From Syntrophales bacterium (GTDB taxonomy: Bacteria > Desulfobacterota > Syntrophia > Syntrophales > UBA2210), in the NCBI GenBank assembly GCA_963666365.2, contig CAXXNF010000002.1, forward strand, positions 1,312,001 to 1,376,000: a stretch of DNA of 64,000 bases, in the 5' to 3' direction. The notes below the pieces were generated by a model. It was not told the DNA's origin. It ran no database searches and saw nothing but the letters and a program-made list of their open reading frames with translations. Positions 52,699-62,600 of this stretch are shown one piece after another. Made by a program: the position numbers and the translations under genes. The stretch's first letter is position 1. The number at the start of each line of letters is the position of its first letter.

Positions 52699-52732
52699 GA
52701 CGTGATGTTCATAGAAAAATGAACATCACGTC
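52699..52732. other. Perfect 14-bp inverted repeat in the leader of the giant gene
   Basis: GACGTGATGTTCAT-AGAAAA-ATGAACATCACGTC. Confidence 0.8.
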
Positions 52733-52911
52733 TTCCCATAGAGCGACTACACACATTCATACCAGGAATCGGTCTTTCAGCAATAGGGGGGGCGCATACA
52801 TGAGTAACGAGTGCACCTGCTCACAAGGCGTTATGCAAAAGATGTCTTTCTATCGTCACTCATCCTATGAATATTTTTAACTATTCTGGCACAATAAAAA
52901 AGGGGGTTCTC

Positions 52912-55900
52912 ATGGAAAGTTCATATTCGCGGAAAGGAATCATTACTACTTTAGTAATTCTTCTTATCTTACTATTATGCGCTGCCCCGGAGGCCTCAGC
53001 GGCTGTTGAAACGGAGCCGAATGACACACTGGGCATCGCCAACAGCATCGGCGCCGGTGAGATCGTGACGGGAACCTTCTCGCCTCGGGGCGATCAGGAC
53101 TGGTATGCAGTGACCATTGACAGTCCGGGACGGCTTGAATGCGCCGTGACCTCTCCTCCTGCAAATATAAGGGCCTACATCACCATGTACAACCGCAATG
53201 CAGACTACGTATATGTAACCAGTGGCGCCATCAACGAGGGGGACGATGTCTTCCTTACTTACGATGTGCTCGAACCGGGAACCTATTATATCCGTCTTAC
53301 CGACCGCGACAACGATACTTCCGATGAATCCTACACCTTTACGGCTGATTTTACTCCGGTGGTTGACAACCGGGAACCGAACAATCAGTTGGGGCAGGCC
53401 TCTCTTATCGAAAGCACCGGCCTTACCGGCATCATCTTCGGACGAGGCGACGAAGACTGGTATAAAATTTATGCGGACGCCGAAGACACGCTGAGTTTCA
53501 CCGTCGATCCCCCCGACGAGATGAGGCCAGGCATTACCCTGTACGGACCTCACACACAGTATCTCTACGTGAACAAGACGGCGGTCAACCCGGGAGAGAC
53601 GATCACACTCACCCACACTGTCACGGAAGCCGGGTTTTATTATGCAAGGCTCACGGATGCACAGGGTCTCGGTCACACTGAGTCATACGCCATGAGCGTA
53701 AGCGGCGGTGCGCCGGGATATACGCCCCCCCTCACTCCGGCAACGATGGAAGAGGAAGACAACGGCGAGTTCGGATGGGCCAATCCCATACCTCTTGATG
53801 AATCGATCTCAGGATTGATCGGCGAAACCAACGACGAAGACTGGTACCGTTTCGACGTATCCCAGGCCGGCCAGTTGACAGTGGCGCTCACCTCCGTCCC
53901 CTCGAATCTCATGCTCAGGTTCCGTCTCTACAACAGCTCCAGGGGACACCTGCAGTCAGGACAGCCTACGAGCGCCGGGGGGTTGTTTTCGCTCATTTAC
54001 GATATCACCGAACCTGACACCTATTATCTACTGGTGGATGACCTGGACAATGATGCCTTTTCATCAACGGCCTACACCTATACCGTTTCACTGGTGGACG
54101 TACCGGATCCCTATGAACCGAACGACGATTACGGCGATGCCAGGACACTGAGTCAGATCAACCGGATCAACGGATATATATTCGAGACGGGCGATCACGA
54201 CTGGTTTCGTATATCCGTTGCCCAGGCGGGAGATCTTCGTATTGTACTGAGCGATCTTCCGGAAAATATCACTCCCCAGGTAGACCTGTACAATATGTCG
54301 AAGGACCACCTCGCAGGAAAGGGCGGCACCGCCGGCATGGATATGGAACTGATCTACACTGTCCCCGAAGCGGCTCAGTATCTGGTGCGGATAAGCGATG
54401 GCGGCAACAACGACGAATCCACCCAGCCCTACACGATGACCATTCATGGTGCGGATTTTGCCACCTATGCCCCCACCGCACGGATCGATCAGATCGATCC
54501 GGGGTCCATCGTTGTCGGCAGCAGCATTACCTTCTCCGGATCTGGCATTGACTCCGACGGAACCATTACCGCCTATTCCTGGCGCTCCAGCATCGACGGC
54601 GAATTGAGCACCGCCGCTGAATTTTCCACCAGCGCCCTCTCCATGGGCACCCACACGATCTACTTTAAGGTCCGTGATGACGATGACATATGGTCTACAG
54701 AAGTGTCTGAAGTGGTCTATGTGGGAAGCACCGTCTCCGACGAGGTGGAAGACAACGGGGAACTGGGCTTCGCCAACGAAATAGCTCTCTCACAGCCGGT
54801 AAACGCCAAGATCAATGTCGCCGGCGATCATGACTTCTTCAAGATCTATATCAGCAGGCCCGGGCGACTGACCTGTGCCGCGACCAATGTGCCCGAGAAC
54901 CTGAGACTTTACCTGACCTATTACGGCCGTAATCTGAACTATCTGTATATTTACGAGGGCGCCGCACAGGACGGTGATGACGTGTCCCTTGTGATGAATG
55001 TCACGGAACCGGGGTTTGTCTATCTTCGAATCAATGATCGTGACAACGAGTTCAACGCTGAGTTCACCTACACCCTTACGGCAATATTTGAAGAAGCGGC
55101 AGACCCCCAGGAGCCGAACGATTCAATGATCGATGCTTTTACCATGACCGGGCAGACGGTTTCCGGCTATATCTTCCCCAACGGCGACCAGGACTGGTAC
55201 ACGGTATGGGTGGATACAGGAAGCACGCTGACTGCCGAGGTTACCAACACCCCCGCCAATCTGAGGCCCTACCTCACCTTTTACGGCAGAAACTGCAACT
55301 ACCTTTATAGTTACAGTTACGCCGACAACGACGGAGACAATCCTCCTCCGCTGAACTACACCTTTGACGAGGCGGGCTTTGTCTATATAAGGGTCCATGA
55401 CCGCGACGGCGACTATAACTGGACGCAGATGTATCAGTTGACGCTTACCGGCGCACACCCGGGATACTCGCCCGCAGAAACCCCTGTGACGGCTGAAGTC
55501 GAAGACAACGGCGAGTTTGCCGACGCAAATCTCATCGCACTCGGCGCCTCCGTCTCCGGCGTCATGGACACAAGCGACGACGATGACTGGTTCAAGTTTT
55601 TCGTGCCCTCGGCCGGTGTTATTCACACAGGCCTTGAGGCAGTTCCCCCTGCTATGCGGTCACGCATCCGCCTGTGGCGGGCCGACAACGGGTATATGGA
55701 CGGCAGAAACGCCACCAATCCCGGCGATCTGCTGTCTCTGGACACACCGGTGACGCGGCCGGGCCTGTACCGGATTCTGATCGACGACCTCGAGGGGAAC
55801 GTTTCCGAGGTTCCCTATCGGCTCTCGGTCTCATTCACTGCGGCCGCGGATGCCCACGAACCGAACGGAAACTTCGGGGACGCGACGGTGCTTCAGGACC

Positions 55901-56649
55901 GGAACCGCACCCAGGGCTGGATTTTCGACCAGGGTGACGAGGACTGGTACCAGGTGCGCTGCGATGCGGGGACGGTGCTGCAGATAACCGTGGCCGATGT
56001 CCCCGCCGAAATCAGGCCCCAGATCGAAGTGTTTAACTCAAGCGGAAGCTGGCGCGCCAGCAAAACGGCCACCAATTACGGCCAGACGCTGATCCTGGAC
56101 TACACAACGGACAGAACGGCCGAATACTATTTCCGGGTCAGGCAGGCGGGAAACAACAGCTTCTCCACCCAGCCCTATACACTGATCGTCAACGGCGCTC
56201 ATTTCAACTCCTATACGCCTCTGGCCTTTATCGACTCGGTCCTGCCGAATCCGGCCACTACCGAAGACACGGTCACGCTGGAGGGGCGCGGCGAAGATGC
56301 CGACGGTGACATCATCGGCTATGAGTGGCGTTCGTCCCTCGACGGTCTCCTGAGCACCTCGCGGGTGGCCGAAGTGGGCAATCTCAGCGCGGGGCAGCAC
56401 ACCCTTTCCTTCAAGGTAAAGGACAACGATCAGAACTGGTCGCCCGAAACAAAGACCATTCTCTATTTCGGCGTGCCGGCCCCCCAGGAGGAAGAACCGA
56501 ACGACAAAATAGGATCGGCAACACCGATGGATCTGGACACCTACTATACCGGCGTCATAGACCCGGCGAATGACGTTGATTTCTTCAGGATTCATGTGGA
56601 GCAGCCGGGCACGCTCACCATCTCGGCCACCAACCCCGCGGAAGCCTGA
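52912..56649 (+). CDS. Giant secreted repeat protein, 5' part (signal peptide, PPC-like beta-sandwich repeats, two PKD-like domains); ends mid-repeat at a frame break
   Basis: Signal peptide ending ASA|A; repeated E.EPND / D.DWY / GTYYIR.. modules; D.DG.I..Y.W.S..DG PKD-like modules. Confidence 0.85.
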   Translation: MESSYSRKGIITTLVILLILLLCAAPEASAAVETEPNDTLGIANSIGAGEIVTGTFSPRGDQDWYAVTIDSPGRLECAVTSPPANIRAYITMYNRNADYVYVTSGAINEGDDVFLTYDVLEPGTYYIRLTDRDNDTSDESYTFTADFTPVVDNREPNNQLGQASLIESTGLTGIIFGRGDEDWYKIYADAEDTLSFTVDPPDEMRPGITLYGPHTQYLYVNKTAVNPGETITLTHTVTEAGFYYARLTDAQGLGHTESYAMSVSGGAPGYTPPLTPATMEEEDNGEFGWANPIPLDESISGLIGETNDEDWYRFDVSQAGQLTVALTSVPSNLMLRFRLYNSSRGHLQSGQPTSAGGLFSLIYDITEPDTYYLLVDDLDNDAFSSTAYTYTVSLVDVPDPYEPNDDYGDARTLSQINRINGYIFETGDHDWFRISVAQAGDLRIVLSDLPENITPQVDLYNMSKDHLAGKGGTAGMDMELIYTVPEAAQYLVRISDGGNNDESTQPYTMTIHGADFATYAPTARIDQIDPGSIVVGSSITFSGSGIDSDGTITAYSWRSSIDGELSTAAEFSTSALSMGTHTIYFKVRDDDDIWSTEVSEVVYVGSTVSDEVEDNGELGFANEIALSQPVNAKINVAGDHDFFKIYISRPGRLTCAATNVPENLRLYLTYYGRNLNYLYIYEGAAQDGDDVSLVMNVTEPGFVYLRINDRDNEFNAEFTYTLTAIFEEAADPQEPNDSMIDAFTMTGQTVSGYIFPNGDQDWYTVWVDTGSTLTAEVTNTPANLRPYLTFYGRNCNYLYSYSYADNDGDNPPPLNYTFDEAGFVYIRVHDRDGDYNWTQMYQLTLTGAHPGYSPAETPVTAEVEDNGEFADANLIALGASVSGVMDTSDDDDWFKFFVPSAGVIHTGLEAVPPAMRSRIRLWRADNGYMDGRNATNPGDLLSLDTPVTRPGLYRILIDDLEGNVSEVPYRLSVSFTAAADAHEPNGNFGDATVLQDRNRTQGWIFDQGDEDWYQVRCDAGTVLQITVADVPAEIRPQIEVFNSSGSWRASKTATNYGQTLILDYTTDRTAEYYFRVRQAGNNSFSTQPYTLIVNGAHFNSYTPLAFIDSVLPNPATTEDTVTLEGRGEDADGDIIGYEWRSSLDGLLSTSRVAEVGNLSAGQHTLSFKVKDNDQNWSPETKTILYFGVPAPQEEEPNDKIGSATPMDLDTYYTGVIDPANDVDFFRIHVEQPGTLTISATNPAEA

Positions 56650-59600
56650 TGCGCACCTCTCTGGGAATGTACACAGCGAATGCCGACTGGGCCTATGTGA
56701 CCGCCTCGGCAAACGATCCGGGAGATCCCGTGACGCTTACCTGGAACATTGACGAACCGGGCGATTATTTCATCAAAATCGACGACAGCAACAACAACGA
56801 AGGCGCACAGTACACCCTTTCGGCAACCCTTCAGATCGCCCCGGATCCCTATGAACCGAATCAGGACCCCACGCATGCCGCGTCGGTGAAGATAGGCGAT
56901 ATGATACAGGCCTATATCTTCCCCGGCGGAGATCAGGACTGGTACAAGGTTGCCCTTGCCACCCCGGGCACACTGCACATGTCCCTTACGAACATGCCCG
57001 ATAATCTCAGCGGTCAGATCACGGTCTATGATCGCAACACGAGCTATACCTACGTGTATTCCTACGCCCAGAATGACGGGGACAATGTCTATCTCGACTA
57101 CAATGTGACGGCGCCGGGCACTTACTTTATCAAGATTCACGATACCGGAAACGATTTCAACGCCCAGGCCACCTACACCTTCTCAACCGGCTTTGATGCG
57201 GCGCCCGATCCCTACGAACCCAACGACGATTACTGGCACAGCACACCGCTCACTCAAAGTCCCGTTCAGGCCTACATCTTTCCGAACGGCGATTACGACC
57301 GGTACAAGTTCTATGCCGAAAGCGGCGCCGAGCTGGTGATAACGGTGGATGAAACGCCGGACAACCTGAGACCCCAGCTGCAGTTGTACAATGACAACCT
57401 GAGGTATATGTATGAACAGGCCACCACCGACGTGGAGGGAGCACCTGTTACGCTTACCTATACGGCGGAATACACCGGCTATTACTACCTGCTCGTCCGT
57501 GACAGGGACGGCGACTGGTCGTCGACGCAGACCTACCGCCTGAGCGTCACCGGGGCGGATCTGTCCTACCAGCCGAGCGGCACACCGCAGACGGCGGAAG
57601 TGGAGCCCAACAATGAATTCAGAAATGCCACGCTCATCGCAGCCGGCACTACCACAGGGACCTTCAGCGGCGACGAGGACTGGTACCGCTTTGAGGTAAC
57701 GGAACGGACACGGCTTACTCTTGCACTTTCGTCCCCGGCCACTGTGCGATCGGCAATCCGGCTCTATAACGCGAACTACAGCGAACGGGCAAGCCGTTAT
57801 GCGGAAAACGCGGGAGACTTCTCCCGGTTCAGTTTCGACATCGATGAACCAGGCATCTGGTATGTGCGCATTTACGCCGAAGATGACACCGTTTCGGCAG
57901 AGTCCTACGAATTACAGATCACGCTGGATGCCGCTCCCGATCCCTACGAACCCAATCCCGATTACGCACAGGCCACGCCGCTCGCCTTCGGCGAGCCGGT
58001 GCAGGCCTACATCTTCCCGGCGGGAGATCAGGACTGGTTCCGCATGGAAATTCCCGAACCGGGGGTGTTTCATTTTGCACTGGATAATGTTCCCCCCGGT
58101 GTCGAGATCAGCATGGCCCTGAACAATCAGGACAACAGCCATCTCTTCTCCAAAGAATCCCTGAACTACGGGACTCCCCTGGAGGAAACCTATGTGGCGG
58201 AGGAAGCAGGCGACTACTACCTGCGCATCTACGATCGTGGAAATGACGAGACCTCTGTTGCACCCTACACACTGACGGCAACCTTTACACCGTTCATCGA
58301 TCCCTGGGAATGGAACAACAACTTCGGGTATGCCACCGCGATGAATGAAGACAATCAGATTTCGGGCTTTATCTATCCCGAAAACGACGAAGACTGGTAC
58401 ACATTCATGGTTGATCAGGCGGGAATCCTGACCATCCAGTTGGCTGAAACGGAGGGCATCAGGCCCCGTATGTGGCTCTACACGGACAGTAAGGACTATC
58501 TTACGGAAATGACCGCCACAGAGCGGGGCGACGACCTTCTCATGACCTGCGAGGTCACCGTCCCCGACCGTTACTATCTGCGTATCAGAAGCGAAGACGG
58601 CGTCCATTCCATGACGCCCTACGTCCTGAACATCCGGGGCGGCGCCTTTGGCGACTACTATCCCATGGCCGCAATCGACGACATGACCCCCAATCCGGCG
58701 ATTATCGCCGAGCCCGTCACCCTTACCGGAAGCGGCTTCGATGAAGACGGGACCATCGTGGCCTACGAGTGGGTCTCCGACAGAGACGGCGCGCTGGGCA
58801 ACGACAGCGAAGCCGTCCTTTCCACCCTTACGGAGGGCGCCCACCGGATCTCCCTCCGCGTGCAGGACAACAGCGGCCACTGGTCCGGATGGGTCCACAA
58901 ACATCTTTATGTCACCGATCGGATCGTTACCGAGGCGGAATATAACGACGATATCGAACAGGCCTACCCCGTTCCCCTCTCCACATGGATCACCGGGCGA
59001 ATCTATCCGCGAAACGAGGACGATTTTTACAAGATATACCTGGAACAAAGGGGATATCTCACCACACTGGTGGACGCGGTTCCCGCCGATATGCGGGCAG
59101 CGATCGCATTCTACGACGGGAACGGCGATTACATGTACCGTAACGCCTCTGCAAACAATTTCGGCGACTGGTTCTACCGATCCGATTTTCTGGAGGCCGG
59201 CTGGTACTATGTCCGTGTCGACGACCGGGACGGCCGGAGCTATGACCGGACCTACGGGATACGGTTCGATTTCACGGCTGCTCAGGATATCCATGAACCG
59301 AACGACGATGCGGCGTCGGCCACGCCGATACCGGCCACCCACGTCGTCAGCGATGCACGCATCTGCCGTCAGGGTGATGAGGACTGGTACCGTATCACTG
59401 TCGACACGGTGGGGAAACTTGCACTCAGCATCACTCAGGCGCCCCCGGAGATGAGAGGACAAATCACGATCTATGATTCAAACATCGGGTACACCTATGT
59501 ATACGAAGACGCCTATCATGGCGGCGAGGATGTATTCCTGGACTACGACATCACGTTGCCGGGAACCTACTATATAAGGATACATGACCATGGCAATGAG

Positions 59601-62600
59601 GCCCACACCGCGCCTTACACCTTTACGAGCCGGTTTACGCCGGTGGACGATGTCTATGAATACAACGACGATGCGGGGCATGCGACACTTATGCCCCAGA
59701 GTGCGGTGGATGCCTTTATTTTCCCGCGAGGCGACGAAGACTGGTACCGTATCTATGCCGGCCAGGACGACGTGCTTTCCATGGCGGTCACCGGCACGCC
59801 TGCCGATATGCGGGCAGGCATCACCATCTATGGCCGGGATATCAATTACACCTACACCAATGAAACCGCCAATAACGACGGGGACAATGTCTATCTGACC
59901 TATACGGTTCCCAGCGACGGCTTCTACTACATTCGCGTGAGGGACGACAACGGCAGATCCCATGTGGCGTCCTACCGATTCACCGTCGAGGGAGGCACTG
60001 TCAATTATGAACCGCCCTTTGCTCCTGCAACCACAGAACAGGAACCAAACGGCGCCTTCAGCGAGGCGACCGACATCGCCCTGGATACGAATATCAGCGG
60101 CGCCATCGATCCTGGAAACGACTACGACTGGTACCGGTTCTATATCAACGCACCGGGCATCGTGACAATCTCCCACACCGGCATTCCGGCGGATGTAAAA
60201 TCGGAGATGTGGATCTACAATAGAGACTATAGCCAGACCGATTATCGCATCACGACGGAAACGGGCGTGGACAATGTCCTGGTCACGACGGTGAATGAAG
60301 GCGGCTATTATTATATCCGGTTGCGTGACAATACCGGCACCGGTTCCACCTCGGCCTACACGCTGCGCGTTACTCATCAGGCGGTCGTGGACGGGTACGA
60401 GCCGAACGACAACTTCGGATCGGCCACGCCTCTCGGCCAGGGAACCGTCCAGGGCTATCTCTTCGACGACGACGACGAGGACTGGTACCGGATCTACGTG
60501 CGGGATGCAGCCACGTTGTCAATATCACTCGACGTGGTACCTGAGGATCTCAGACCGTGGGTGGCATTGTTGGACAATAACAAATCTCAACTGGCAACCT
60601 ATGTGAACACCAACCCCGGTGTGGGCGGTGAAAATGTGATTGTCCGTGACGCACCGGAACCGGGATTCTACTATGTACGTGTTGTCGATGAAGACAATGG
60701 CTATTCGGCAAGTCCTTACACGCTGCGCATCACCGGCGCCGATTTCTCCCAGGCGCCACTTCTTGCACCGATCGGGGACCGGACCATCGACGAGACAATG
60801 GCCTACGCCTTCACGGTGGATGCCACCGATCCCGATAATCCGCAGGATCTGGTCTTTTCGGCCACCGGTCTGCCCCCAGGCGCAACCTTCGATCCGGCGA
60901 CCCGTACCTTCAACTGGACGCCGGCCCGCGGACAGAGCGGCGTCTATCCGGGAATTCATTTCGAGGTCAGCGACGGCACTTACAGTGACAGTGAAGACAT
61001 CACCGTTACTGTGGCCGCCCTGAGCCGGCCGCCGGTCCTGTCGCCCATCGGCAACAGAACGGTCAGCGTCGGAACACACCTGTCCTTTCAGATTTCGGGC
61101 GCCGACCCCGATACGGGCGACGTGCTGACCTACTCGGCAGACGGTCTGCCCAGCGGCGCCACCTTCGATCCGGCGACCAGAACCTTCAACTGGACGCCGA
61201 CGGAAAATCAGACAGGACTTCACGATGGCATCCTCTTTGAGGTGACCGACGGAAGCTGGACCGATTTCGAATACATCGATATCGAAGTAACGGCCGTCGC
61301 GCCCACTGTGATCACCGGTGATGTGTCCGATATTTCGGAAACGGGCGCCGACGCCGGCGGCGAGGTCGTCTCCGACGGCGGCGCGGACATCACCGAACGC
61401 GGAGTAGTCTACGCCCTGCACGGCGCACCCACCACTGACGACCTCACGGTGACGACAAGCTGGGCAGGCACGGGGACCTTCAATGTCACATTGCAGGGCC
61501 TTGCGCCGGCCACCCTTTATTACCTCAGGGCCTATGCCGTAAACGACGCGGGAGTCGCCTACGGCGAGGAAAGAATCTTTACCACCCTGGCTCCGACAGC
61601 ACCCATCATTACGATCTCCCCGGAATCGCACGATTTCGGCGCCGTGCCACAGGGAACCGAATCCCCGGGTCAGGTCTTTACCGTCAGAAATACGGGGAAC
61701 GCCGATCTGGTAATCGATACGGTGAGACTTACGGGCGCCAATGCAGACGAATTCGCCCTGCACAACGATTCCTGCTCCGGCCGGACGATTGCCTCCGGAG
61801 AAACCGGCGCCATCGAAGTGGTGTTCGCGCCGACATCGCCGGGAGCAAAGGGGGCATCACTTTCGCTACCCTCCAACGATCCCAGAAACCAGACCCTCCT
61901 GGTGCCGCTCACCGGCGAAGGCCTGGAGGAAGCAATACTCAAGGGGGATGTCAGCGCTGACGGCGTTGTGGACCTTGCCGACGCGATCCTGACGCTCCAG
62001 ATTGTAACGGATGGATCGCCCGCTGCAACGATAGAAGTGCGGGCCGACGTAAACGGAGACGGCAGAATCGGTCTTCAGGAGGCCCTCTACATCCTGAGAG
62101 AAGTGTCGAGCAACTCCGGGGGAGTAAGTGAAGAAGAAAAACAGCTTGCCATCCAGAAGGTGACCGAGGCCATGCCGATCATCGAAACAGGAGATTTCAC
62201 CGCGGCCAGGGCGAAATTCGAGGAAGCTCTTGCGGCGGACCCGGGGAATACAAAGGCCAACGCAGGCTATTATCTTTCGGCAGTGGGAGAAAATGCACCG
62301 GTATTTCAAAATATGATGCAGGATCTCTCCGCATCCCTTCAGGCAAACGATCTGTCTTCCGGCTATTCGCTCATGCTGCAGACGTTCAACCTCTTTGACA
62401 GGCTGCCCTTTTTCAGCCTCAGCACCACACGGGAAGGGGCATCTGTCCAGTCGGTCAAGACCCCGCTTGCGGCCTATGAAATCGATATCGATCTCGAGAT
62501 CCCCAACTCCCTCAAGGAACTGGTGCTTCGCGTGACCAAGGGGGTGCCGTTGATCGATACGAGCTATTTCGCGGCCATGAACAGTGCCAAGACACTGCTG

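Noticed and set aside
52560..52911. c-di-GMP riboswitch before the surface protein
   Set aside because: GEMM consensus elements not found by eye
56647..56649. TGA as selenocysteine read-through in the giant gene
   Set aside because: The continuation is in a different frame, so read-through would not restore the protein
57912..61763. Long minus-strand ORFs (516, 299, 412 aa)
   Set aside because: Antisense shadows of the giant plus-strand frame
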